This document shows, one piece after another, positions 37,206 through 45,169 of a stretch of 55,224 nucleotides of DNA. Numbering within the stretch: the stretch's first letter is position 1; the number at the start of each line of letters is the position of its first letter. Source of the stretch: Gammaproteobacteria bacterium (GTDB lineage: Bacteria; Pseudomonadota; Gammaproteobacteria; UBA1113); assembly GCA_009885935.1 (NCBI GenBank), contig VFJT01000063.1:1-55224 (forward strand), read 5' to 3'. The translations under genes and the position numbers were made by a program. The notes below the pieces were generated by a model. The model made no database searches. It saw nothing but the letters and a program-made list of their open reading frames with translations, and was not told the origin of the DNA.

Positions 37206-37359
37206 TTCACAGGGCTGTTTTGGAAGGGCGACTCACGAGTCGCCCCTACAAAACGAGCCTCGGAATGTTGTAGGGGGGCTCGTGAGTCGCCCCTACAAAA
37301 CGAGCCTCGGAATGTTGTAGGGGCGGCTCGTGAGCCGCCCTCTCGAATAGCCCTGTGAA
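37206..37359. repeat. 154-bp composite element: 11-bp perfect terminal inverted repeats enclosing three GC-rich palindromes at 47-bp period
   Basis: TIRs are TTCACAGGGCT (37206-37216) and AGCCCTGTGAA (37349-37359). The palindromes are GGGCGACTCACGAGTCGCCCC (37226), GGGGGGCTCGTGAGTCGCCCC (37273) and GGGGCGGCTCGTGAGCCGCCC (37320). They are separated by the identical spacer TACAAAACGAGCCTCGGAATGTTGTA. Confidence 0.9.
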
Positions 37360-37401
37360 TTTTAGGTTAGCCAGATCCTCAAGTGTAATGAGTATATAAC
37401 A

Positions 37402-38175
37402 ATGCAATGGAGCCTCTACACTAGTCAATACGCAGCAGCTATCTTTGCTTTTTACGCTGTTTATTTTTTTGGTTCAAAAGCGCGTGCTTATCATAGCGGT
37501 GCGCGCTTACAAACTCTGGTATTGGTCGAATATCTCTCACGAGGTATTTTTTTCGGTATTGCTCTACTGCACTTCTTACCCGAAGCCTATACGGACTTAG
37601 CACCTTCCTTAGGCTCCAAAACCGTATACATCTTAACTGCCTTGGGGCTAGCCTCTTTTTTGTTTATGTTAATTTGCGAGAAAGGCATTACGCATCTCAT
37701 TTACGTACGAGAAAAAAAATCGCATCATTGGTTTGCCTATTGGATTTTAATCGTGTTGTCGTTGCATGCTTTGATTGAAGGCTGTGCTTTGGGCTTAAGT
37801 CCAAACTACGAGCACTTTCTAACCTTAGCTATAGCCATTTTAATGCATAAAGGCTCGGAAGGCTTTGCTTTAGGCACCGTTTTAGGCCGTTATGATTTTA
37901 AAGCATCCTCGCAAAAACATTTACTCATAGTCTTGGCACTAGCGAGCCCTGTAGGCATTATTCTAGCCAGCAATCTAGGATTCATTGTGCAGCAACAACA
38001 TTTTACTTTATTTGAAGGTTATTTCAATAGTCTTGCAGCGGGGACCTTTTTATATATTGCTATTTGCCATTCTTCAACCGGTTGTGATCATGCGGGCCAT
38101 GCCTCGTCTTATAAACGCTGGTTGTATTATGGTTTGGGTGTAGGGTTGATATTGTTGGTGAGTTTGATTTCGTAG
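37402..38175 (+). CDS. ZIP-family divalent metal transporter (ZupT-like)
   Basis: Multi-TM protein with the HKGSEGFALG signature. 257 aa. Its TAG stop is the TAG of a GTAG REP head. Confidence 0.8.
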   Translation: MQWSLYTSQYAAAIFAFYAVYFFGSKARAYHSGARLQTLVLVEYLSRGIFFGIALLHFLPEAYTDLAPSLGSKTVYILTALGLASFLFMLICEKGITHLIYVREKKSHHWFAYWILIVLSLHALIEGCALGLSPNYEHFLTLAIAILMHKGSEGFALGTVLGRYDFKASSQKHLLIVLALASPVGIILASNLGFIVQQQHFTLFEGYFNSLAAGTFLYIAICHSSTGCDHAGHASSYKRWLYYGLGVGLILLVSLIS

Positions 38176-38837
38176 GGGCGGGCCCCTACGATCCGCGCCG
38201 TAAACGCCGTACGCAAATAAAATCCGCGCGGCGAGGTGCGTATGCATTCGCCGTTATTGCCTATGCCCTGGGTACGCACATCCGCATTCGTCGCCTTGGG
38301 ACGTATTTGTAAATATTGCCCTAGCCGCGCATCGATTTGATCTAATTGTCCCATTTGCACACGACTCATTAATTCTTGCCAATCCTCCTGCAAAATAGCC
38401 TCTTCCTCTAAACTAGGCGACCATAATATAGGATTGCTTAAACACCAATACTGAGGTTCTAGTGATTTATCAAAAAAATAGGGTATCCATAAAACGCGGC
38501 GTAATTTTTGATAGAGCTCGCAATGTTGCCAAGATAAAGGTTCTTTACTCATCAAGGGTACAATGCTGACATAGGTAGATTCTTTAGGGTGCCCATTGGC
38601 ATTGAGTGGCAACGTTTTTAATTCTATCCCTAAGTGCGTAAAATCGGGTTTAGCCAGATTGCCTGCCGTTGCGCCTAAAACGCGTTCTAATAGTTGACCT
38701 ATAAAACCTTTGTTCCGGCGAAAATCGGGTGGCATGGTCATAGATACGGTTGAGGCCATTTCGCCCAAGCTTTGTTGTGCAATGCCACAAGCGCGTGTCC
38801 ATAGTTCTGTTTCGGTTTGGGGGGGAGATACTTTCAT
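38127..38837 (-). CDS. mutH: DNA mismatch repair endonuclease MutH (with REP-encoded C-terminal extension)
   Basis: Collinear with E. coli MutH (KGFIGQLLE, LKTLP, RRVLWIPY, LWSP, EDWQELM, YLQIRPKA, PRGFYLR). The tail ...IVGARPYEIKLTNNINPTPKP reads through REP 38172-38189. Confidence 0.9.
   Translation of the reverse strand: MKVSPPQTETELWTRACGIAQQSLGEMASTVSMTMPPDFRRNKGFIGQLLERVLGATAGNLAKPDFTHLGIELKTLPLNANGHPKESTYVSIVPLMSKEPLSWQHCELYQKLRRVLWIPYFFDKSLEPQYWCLSNPILWSPSLEEEAILQEDWQELMSRVQMGQLDQIDARLGQYLQIRPKATNADVRTQGIGNNGECIRTSPRGFYLRTAFTARIVGARPYEIKLTNNINPTPKP
38172..38189. repeat. Mini REP hairpin GTAGGGG-CGGG-CCCCTAC at the convergent ZIP/mutH junction
   Basis: 7-bp stem and 4-nt loop. It contains the ZIP stop codon and is translated in the mutH frame. 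Confidence 0.8.
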
Positions 38838-38867
38838 TGTATATAACTACTCTTTTATATCTATTTA

Positions 38868-38957
38868 GGGCAGGCACGGGGGCCTGCCCCTACGATAATA
38901 GATTATTTCCCGGGCACGGGGGCCTGCCCCTACGATAATAGATTATTTCCCGGGCAC
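38868..38957 (-). repeat. REP element plus a 40-bp tandem duplication (2.1 copies) that includes the queE stop region
   Basis: Full REP at 38868-38893 and a truncated REP at 38911-38933. The 45-nt stretch 38873-38917 is identical to 38913-38957, giving a 40-bp period. The repeated unit contains GTGCCCGGGAAATAA, which is the last queE codons plus the stop. Confidence 0.88.
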
Positions 38958-39602
38958 ATTGCCCCATAAGTATTTATGCAATTGAAATTGAAATCGTACT
39001 GGCAAGCCGTGTTCTAAGATCCAATCGGCTAATACCGTCGGTGACAATACGTCTGCTATAGGTGAAAACAATAAATGGCATTTTTGTGCCAATTGATAGT
39101 GCTGGATCATCTCTACACTCCATTCAAAATCTGTTTTATCGCCTATGACAAATTTAATTTGGTCTATGGGGGTTAAATAATTAATATTAGTATAATCATT
39201 TTTATCACATTCTTTAGAGCTGGGGGTTTTTAAATCCATTACCTTAATCACACGCAGATCCACTTTGGCCACCGACAAGGCCCCGCTGGTTTCTAATGAA
39301 ACGCAATAGTTTTTATCACACAATTGCTTTAATAGTTCATGACAATTGTCTTGGGCCAGCGGTTCGCCACCGGTAACTGTGATATAGCGTGTAGGATAAA
39401 GTGTTACTTTTTCTAGGATACTGTCTATGCTGAGTTTTTCGCCGCCACTGAAGGCATAAGCGGTATCGCAATAATAACAGCGCAAAGGGCAGCCCGTTAA
39501 GCGTATAAAGGTGGTGGGAATGCCTACACTAGCGCTTTCTCCCTGCAAAGAATAAAAAATCTCGCTAATACGTAACAGCGATGGCATTTTTTCGGCCGAC
39601 AA
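38943..39602 (-). CDS. queE: 7-carboxy-7-deazaguanine synthase QueE (radical SAM)
   Basis: CPLRCYYCDT cluster motif, EIFYSLQGES N-terminus, 219 aa. Its position after cpoB matches pseudomonads. Confidence 0.9.
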   Translation of the reverse strand: MSAEKMPSLLRISEIFYSLQGESASVGIPTTFIRLTGCPLRCYYCDTAYAFSGGEKLSIDSILEKVTLYPTRYITVTGGEPLAQDNCHELLKQLCDKNYCVSLETSGALSVAKVDLRVIKVMDLKTPSSKECDKNDYTNINYLTPIDQIKFVIGDKTDFEWSVEMIQHYQLAQKCHLLFSPIADVLSPTVLADWILEHGLPVRFQFQLHKYLWGNVPGK

Positions 39603-39605
39603 TCG

Positions 39606-40508
39606 CTACACTCCTTGTTGGTTCATATCCTGCAAGCGCTGTGTAGCCAGTGTTGCTGCTGATGTATTGGGATATTGCTCTATCAAAGATTGTAAGGTTT
39701 GACGGGCTAAAGCCCATTTGCCTTGTTGATAGTAAATATAGCCTAATTTCAATTCTGCATCCGATACTTTAGGACTATTGGAAAATTGCGTGACTACCGC
39801 TTGAAAATGAGTTTGCGCGCTGTTTAAATCGCCACCGACTAAGCCTATTTCGCCTAACCAATAATGCGCATTGGCCGCATAATCCCCCTTGGGATATTGA
39901 GTTAAGTAATCGTTCATGACTACACTGGCTTCACTGTATTGTTGCTTGGTAATGAGTTGATAGCCTTGATCGTAGAGTGCTTTTTGTTTACCGTCATTAC
40001 TCGTTGTTGTACTCGCGGCAGTGGCATTAGCGGCAGCAGCGGGTTTAGTGGCTGCGGTGGGTGAAGTTGTAGGCTTAACACTGACGCCGCCGCTATTTTT
40101 AGGTGCCGTTGCCGTGGAAACCGTTACCGTTGTTAAAGCCGCAGCAGCACTGTCTATAGCCGCATTAGCCGGCGATCTGTTTTCTAATTGTAAGTAAATA
40201 TTTTTTTGTGCTTGAGTGAGTTGGTCTATTTGATGTGCCTGTACTTCTAATTGTCCTTGTAAGCCACGAACTTGCTGTTGCAATTGAGTGACCGTGTTGA
40301 CTAAATCGGAAGGGTCATTACCGCTACTTTCAACTTGCATCGTTGGCGCCTGCTGAGCATTGTTACTTTGTGCCAAGGGATAGGAACTCGTATTTTCAGG
40401 TTGGCCTTGGATGATCGGCGCCGCGTAGGTAGACATGGCTAGGATAAAGCCTAAGCCGATGACTAGTAATTTACAGTATTTCATATTTAGTCTCGATCTG
40501 TGCGACAC
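39606..40508 (-). CDS. cpoB: Cell division coordinator CpoB (YbgF), coiled coil plus TPR
   Basis: C-terminal TPR block YPKGDYAANAHYWLGE...KLGYIYYQQGKW...YPNTSAA. It follows pal. Start is GTG 40508 or ATG 40484. Confidence 0.88.
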   Translation of the reverse strand: MSHRSRLNMKYCKLLVIGLGFILAMSTYAAPIIQGQPENTSSYPLAQSNNAQQAPTMQVESSGNDPSDLVNTVTQLQQQVRGLQGQLEVQAHQIDQLTQAQKNIYLQLENRSPANAAIDSAAAALTTVTVSTATAPKNSGGVSVKPTTSPTAATKPAAAANATAASTTTSNDGKQKALYDQGYQLITKQQYSEASVVMNDYLTQYPKGDYAANAHYWLGEIGLVGGDLNSAQTHFQAVVTQFSNSPKVSDAELKLGYIYYQQGKWALARQTLQSLIEQYPNTSAATLATQRLQDMNQQGV

Positions 40509-40519
40509 AAAACAAAACC

Positions 40520-40577
40520 GTAGGGGCAGGCCCCCGTGCCTGCCCTAACATGGGCAACCACAGGGGGTTGCCCCTAC
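40520..40577. repeat. Inverted REP doublet (REPIN-like) between pal and cpoB
   Basis: GTAGGGGCAGGCCCCCGTGCCTGCCC (40520-40545), 6-nt spacer, GGGCAACCACAGGGGGTTGCCCCTAC (40552-40577). Confidence 0.88.
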
Positions 40578-40584
40578 GTATTAA

Positions 40585-41109
40585 TTAACCCGCGTTGTCG
40601 TAGGTAATATCACCACGTCTATCTTGTGAATAAGCGTAATCATCATTACCAGAAACCGCTGGTTTTTCTGAACCATAGCTCACAGTACGCATTTGATTAG
40701 CAGCAACACCCATCATGCTCAAGCGTTGGCGCACTACATCCGCACGACGTTGCCCTAAACCGATATTATATTCACGGCTACCTCTAGGATCGGCATTACC
40801 GGCAATTAAAATACGTGCCTTAGGATGCTTTTTCAAATAATCGGCATTCGTTTGCAATAGTGGCACGTAATCGGCCTTAATGACATCTCTATCGAAGTCA
40901 AAATAAACTGTATTTTTTTCTATGCCTAGGATCTTAGCCATACGCGCATCCATACTGTCATCAAAATCTGGATTGCTACCTACACCAGCACTCGTAGCCT
41001 GATCACCACCCACAACGCTCGTTGTATTTTTATCATCAGATTTAGATGAGCATGCTGCCAAGGCCACAGCGATCAACAGCATCATCGCCCATTTTAAACT
41101 TGCTTTCAT
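40585..41109 (-). CDS. pal: Peptidoglycan-associated lipoprotein Pal
   Basis: Lipobox LAAC. OmpA-like domain with NADPRGSREYNIGLGQRRA. Confidence 0.95.
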   Translation of the reverse strand: MKASLKWAMMLLIAVALAACSSKSDDKNTTSVVGGDQATSAGVGSNPDFDDSMDARMAKILGIEKNTVYFDFDRDVIKADYVPLLQTNADYLKKHPKARILIAGNADPRGSREYNIGLGQRRADVVRQRLSMMGVAANQMRTVSYGSEKPAVSGNDDYAYSQDRRGDITYDNAG

Positions 41110-41133
41110 ATTAGAGTACTCCTCATTATTTAT

Positions 41134-42483
41134 TTAACCTTTATAGGGTGACCAAGCGGGCGCTTGTGCATCCCCGGAAACTTCGGGCAAACGGATATTC
41201 ACTTGTCCATTGCTCGAAACCATTCCCAACATACGTCGACCACCGACATTTGTGGAATAAACTATCATCCGGCCATTAGGCGCCGGACTGGGCGATTCTA
41301 TGCTGCCTCCTTGTGTTAGAGTCTGCATCGTCCCTGATTGTAAATCGTAGATCGCTATATTAAACCCTCTATCATCTCTATGCAACAAAGAAATCTTTGT
41401 GCTACTACCCGGTAAATAGGCTGCGCTGGCATTGTAAGCACCTATATAGGTGATACGTTGCGCCTGTAAGCTGCCTAAATCAATCCTGTAGATTTGCGGT
41501 GCACCGCCGCGATCGGAAGTGAACAATAGGGATTGACCATCCGGCGCCCAGCTAGGCTCGGTATTAATCGCTGCGTCGTTGGTTAGTTGGGTTAATCGGC
41601 CACTGCCTAGATCGATGGTATAGATGTTAGGGTTGGTTCTACCCATAGACAACGCTACCGCCAAGGACCGGCCGTCGGGCGAAAATGCAGGGGCACCATT
41701 GATGCCCGCAAAACTAGAAATTAAGCGGCGTCGTCCTGTAGCCACATCGGAAGTAAAGATCTGCGGCAATTTGGTTTCAAAAGAAACATACGCAATGGAG
41801 CCACCATCAGGTGACCAATCCGGTGACATGATCGGTTGTGTAGAGGTTAAAAGCGGTTTGGCATTATGGCCGTCTACATCAGCTACCATCAGCGAATAGA
41901 GCTTATGGCGAGGATTATTGGGCATAGGTTGTACTGTAACATAAGCCAAACGAGTAGAAAAAACACCTTTTTCGCCCGTTAATTTTTCATAGATGACATC
42001 GCTAATATGATGTGCCAAGGCACGAGTTTGGCTATTAGCGACGGTATAAGACCGTTGCATCAAAATGGTTGGTGTACTTTGAGTGCTGTGAAATAAATCC
42101 AATAAAGTCATATCCACTTTGGTCTGACCACTACCCGTAGGTACTGCCCTGCCTATCACCAAATCATCCAAGCCCAAAGTCTTCCATAAATCGCTGCTGA
42201 TGGCATCCGCATCGTGTGGTTGTTGCGGTAAACGGTTTTGCGGCATCACTTGAAACTGCCCAGAATGATTTAAGTCATTGGCAATAATACGCGCCATATC
42301 GTTAGGACCATTGGGATTACTCACATCAAAGGGCGCAATCGCAATAGGAATAGTGCGTACCACACCGCGGGTAATTTCTATGTCTAGCGCCGCCAGGGCT
42401 GGCTTGCAAAAAAACAGCATCAACGCCAGGCATCGAGCCGCGACCGTTAGGGAGCGGAATTTATTAGGGGCATATTTTCTCAT
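41134..42483 (-). CDS. tolB: Tol-Pal system beta-propeller protein TolB
   Basis: 449 aa. Repeated PxWSPDG motifs (SPDWSPDG, APAFSPDG, EPSWAPDG). Confidence 0.95.
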   Translation of the reverse strand: MRKYAPNKFRSLTVAARCLALMLFFCKPALAALDIEITRGVVRTIPIAIAPFDVSNPNGPNDMARIIANDLNHSGQFQVMPQNRLPQQPHDADAISSDLWKTLGLDDLVIGRAVPTGSGQTKVDMTLLDLFHSTQSTPTILMQRSYTVANSQTRALAHHISDVIYEKLTGEKGVFSTRLAYVTVQPMPNNPRHKLYSLMVADVDGHNAKPLLTSTQPIMSPDWSPDGGSIAYVSFETKLPQIFTSDVATGRRRLISSFAGINGAPAFSPDGRSLAVALSMGRTNPNIYTIDLGSGRLTQLTNDAAINTEPSWAPDGQSLLFTSDRGGAPQIYRIDLGSLQAQRITYIGAYNASAAYLPGSSTKISLLHRDDRGFNIAIYDLQSGTMQTLTQGGSIESPSPAPNGRMIVYSTNVGGRRMLGMVSSNGQVNIRLPEVSGDAQAPAWSPYKG

Positions 42484-42527
42484 GATCGCTTTTTAACTCT
42501 CTAAAAAAGTAACGCATCGTTTTTTTC

Positions 42528-42586
42528 GTAGGGGCGGGGCCCCGTGCCCGCCCTAACCAGGGCAACCACAGGGGGTTTGCCCCTAC
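42528..42586. repeat. Inverted REP doublet between tolA and tolB
   Basis: GTAGGGGCGGGGCCCCGTGCCCGCCC (42528-42553), 6-nt spacer, GGGCAACCACAGGGGGTTTGCCCCTAC (42560-42586). The tolA stop overlaps the distal head. Confidence 0.88.
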
Positions 42587-43413
42587 TAAGTATCACTAAA
42601 TTTAACCTTCAACTCTCTAAAACTGGCGAACAAACTGGGATCGGCGGGTACGGGCAAAGGCGAAGCCTTATAAACCGCCGTTAAAGCCAAACGATCCAAG
42701 GCGGGATTACCGCTGCTGCCTACATTCTGCACTTGCAACACCGTACCATCTGCAGCCAAGCGTATAATCATCGTCGTTGCTAGTTTCTGTTGTGCGGCAC
42801 CCGGTAGCTGCGTCCATTGTGCCTGTATGGCTTGCGTTATTAAACCTACATAACGATTGATTTCATTTTGTGTTTGCACATTATTATTTGCAGTTGCTGA
42901 GGCCTTTTGCGCTTGCTGTAGTGCCTGCCGCTTGGCATCGGCTGCTTTTTGTGCTGCCGCTGCATCCGCTGTTTTTTTAGCAGCCGCTGTTTGTGCTTGG
43001 GTTTGCGCCAATTGTTGTGCCGCTTGTTTTTGCTGTGCTTGCAATTGCGCTAATTGATCGGCTGCTTTCTTAGCATCCGCTTGTTGTTTCACGGCTATTG
43101 CGGCTTGTTCTTGTTTGGCTTGTTGAATTTGCGCTAAAGCTTGTGCTTTGGCGGCAGCCAATTGACGCGCTTCATTAGCTGCTTTGGCTTTAACTGCATT
43201 ATCGGCCGCTTGTTGGGTGCGTATTTCCTTGCTTAAATCGTCTTCGGAGATGGCCACGGCGTTGACTATTTCTTTATTGTTTTGTACTTCCTTTGCGCTG
43301 GATGCGGGCGGAATAGTGATGAGGCTATCGCTCAATGAAACAAAGAAAATAATGGCAAGCACTATATGAAAGAAAAAAGAATACCCAAAGCTTTGCTTAA
43401 AGCGCGCTTGCAT
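42586..43413 (-). CDS. tolA: Tol-Pal system protein TolA
   Basis: N-terminal TM, Ala/Lys/Gln-rich helical domain II and a C-terminal TonB_C-like domain. Positioned between tolR and tolB. Confidence 0.9.
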   Translation of the reverse strand: MQARFKQSFGYSFFFHIVLAIIFFVSLSDSLITIPPASSAKEVQNNKEIVNAVAISEDDLSKEIRTQQAADNAVKAKAANEARQLAAAKAQALAQIQQAKQEQAAIAVKQQADAKKAADQLAQLQAQQKQAAQQLAQTQAQTAAAKKTADAAAAQKAADAKRQALQQAQKASATANNNVQTQNEINRYVGLITQAIQAQWTQLPGAAQQKLATTMIIRLAADGTVLQVQNVGSSGNPALDRLALTAVYKASPLPVPADPSLFASFRELKVKFSDT

Positions 43414-43901
43414 TATGCGGCTCCTTGAGGGGGATTTTGGGTGATCAAACCCACCTGCGCCACACCCGCCCGTTGCAATAAAACCATCGCCCCTACCACT
43501 TGGCCATAACTGGCATGCGTATCCCCTTTCACCATAACCACCGATTTTTGACCTTGGTTTTTTTCAATTTGCAGACGTGCTGCCACTTTGACCACTAGAT
43601 CGTGTGCGTTTAAAGCTTGCTGTGGGTTAACATTAGTATTTAAATAATAACGTCCTTGCTGATCTACCGAAATAATTAAGGGTTTACTGTTGTGATCTTC
43701 TAGGGCTTGCGCTTGTGCTTGGGGCAATTGTACTTTAACGCCAGGGGTTAATAAGGGCGTTGCAATCATAAAAATAACCAATAACACCAACATCACATCT
43801 ATGTATGGCACCACATTCATCTCGGCAATGGCGCGTCTAGAGCTGCGTTTTCTGGTGTATGTAGGGGCGGCTCGCGAGCCGCCCTGTCTAGAATAAGACA
43901 T
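43413..43901 (-). CDS. tolR: Tol-Pal system protein TolR (N-terminus contains a translated REP element)
   Basis: EMNVVPYIDVMLVLLVIFMI is the ExbD/TolR signature. ATG 43901 lies 3 nt after the tolQ stop. Codons 6-13 (QGGSRAAP) are encoded by REP 43861-43884. Confidence 0.9.
   Translation of the reverse strand: MSYSRQGGSRAAPTYTRKRSSRRAIAEMNVVPYIDVMLVLLVIFMIATPLLTPGVKVQLPQAQAQALEDHNSKPLIISVDQQGRYYLNTNVNPQQALNAHDLVVKVAARLQIEKNQGQKSVVMVKGDTHASYGQVVGAMVLLQRAGVAQVGLITQNPPQGAA
43861..43884 (+). repeat. REP element (B-type, GTAGGGGCGGCTCGCGAGCCGCCC) inside the tolR coding sequence
   Basis: Perfect 10+10 palindrome GGGCGGCTCG/CGAGCCGCCC with a GTAG head. It is the same family as the third palindrome at 37320. 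Confidence 0.85.
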
Positions 43902-43904
43902 ATT

Positions 43905-44636
43905 TTATTCCTCGTGCCCTTTGCCGGGTTTATATAAACGGCGCTGTAAAATACCCGTTAGTTCATGGCGAAAAGCCGTATACTGATTGGTGAGGCGCTC
44001 TGCGCTACGCGAATAGCGGTTATACGCAATAACGGCCGGAATAGCGGCAAATAAACCCATGGCGGTGGCAATCAGAGCTTCCGAAATGCCTGGTGCAACC
44101 ATGGCAATGGTGGCTTGCTCGCTTTGGCCCAGAGCTTGGAATGAAGTCATGATACCCCACACCGTGCCAAACAAACCAACATAAGGACTAGTGGAACCTA
44201 TGGTAGCGAGAATAGGCAAATATTGCTCAATTTCATCTATTTCGCGGTTTTCAGCAATGGCCATGGCGCGTTCTGCATTTTCTAGGGTGATATCTTGCGG
44301 CAAAGCTTCTTTTTTAGCGTGAGTAAAAGATTCAAAACCCGCTTGAAAGATAGCGGCGAGTCCCAAATGCGGTGCTTTTTTTTGCGCCACACGGGCATAT
44401 AACTGCGTTAAATCTAGGCCTGACCAAAATGTTTCTTCGAATTGACGCGCCAATTTGCTTAAACGGCGATAAAATGAACTTCTTTGAAAGATAATGGTCC
44501 AAGAAACTAGAGAGGCACCCAATAAAACCAACATCACGCCTTTGACTATAGTACTGGCATCGGTAAAAAAATGTACCACTGACTGATCAACAACCATAAA
44601 AACCATCCCTACATGCGCAAAAATTAGGCTTAGCAT
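43905..44636 (-). CDS. tolQ: Tol-Pal system protein TolQ
   Basis: MotA/TolQ/ExbB signature LATIGSTSPYVGLFGTVWGIM. The true start is probably ATG 44606 or 44597. Confidence 0.93.
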   Translation of the reverse strand: MLSLIFAHVGMVFMVVDQSVVHFFTDASTIVKGVMLVLLGASLVSWTIIFQRSSFYRRLSKLARQFEETFWSGLDLTQLYARVAQKKAPHLGLAAIFQAGFESFTHAKKEALPQDITLENAERAMAIAENREIDEIEQYLPILATIGSTSPYVGLFGTVWGIMTSFQALGQSEQATIAMVAPGISEALIATAMGLFAAIPAVIAYNRYSRSAERLTNQYTAFRHELTGILQRRLYKPGKGHEE

Positions 44637-44692
44637 ACCCTATTTTAGGTATACGTTGCAACCAGGTTTTCTACGATGCAATAATATAAAAC

Positions 44693-44749
44693 GTAGGGGC
44701 AGGCCCCCGTGCCTGCCCTTGTAGCAATAATCACAGGTGTTGCTCCTAG
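44693..44749. repeat. REP plus degenerate inverted partner upstream of tolQ / phhB
   Basis: GTAGGGGCAGGCCCCCGTGCCTGCCC (44693-44718) is followed by GTAGCAATAATCACAGGTGTTGCTCCTAG. Confidence 0.75.
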
Positions 44750-44797
44750 GTGCAGATTCACATACAGTAAGCAGCCATATCTTTTGGAGAATTTATC

Positions 44798-45127
44798 ATG
44801 ACCCATTTAGCCCATAAAAAATGCAACCCCTCTCCTGAGCCCCTAAGTGCAGAAATATGCCAAACTTATCTGAATAAGGAAACCCTGGGCTGGAGTATGA
44901 CCCGTGATGGTAAGAGTATTGAACGGCGCGTGAGTTTTAAGAACTATTATCAAACCATGGCTTTTGTAAATGCGGTAGCCTGGATGGCGCATCAAGAAGA
45001 TCATCATCCTGATCTAGAAGTCCATTATGACCACTGCTGGATTCGCTATAACACGCATAGCGTGGGTGGTTTATCCGAAAATGATTTCATTTGCGCGGCA
45101 AAGGTGAATATAATTTTAGGGGAGTAA
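44798..45127 (+). CDS. phhB: Pterin-4-alpha-carbinolamine dehydratase
   Basis: 109 aa. EDHHPDLEVHYDHCWIRYNTHS core motif. Confidence 0.9.
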   Translation: MTHLAHKKCNPSPEPLSAEICQTYLNKETLGWSMTRDGKSIERRVSFKNYYQTMAFVNAVAWMAHQEDHHPDLEVHYDHCWIRYNTHSVGGLSENDFICAAKVNIILGE

Positions 45128-45138
45128 AGGGGCCAACC

Positions 45139-45164
45139 GTAGGGGCAGGCCCCCGTGCCTGCCC
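45139..45164 (+). repeat. REP element at the convergent phhB / response-regulator junction
   Basis: GTAGGGGCAGGCCCCCGTGCCTGCCC. It lies 12 nt after the phhB stop and 6 nt before the opposing stop. Confidence 0.88.
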
Positions 45165-45169
45165 TTTAA

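Noticed and set aside
37226-37340. CRISPR-like periodic repeat (three 21-nt palindromes at 47-bp spacing)
   Set aside because: The two spacers are identical to each other. The repeats belong to the dispersed REP family. There are only three units and no cas genes, so this is a REP cluster and not a CRISPR array.
37383-37404. Zur box overlapping the ZIP transporter start
   Set aside because: Only one half-site (TATAACA) matches. The other half aligns at 4 of 12 positions to the enterobacterial Zur consensus.
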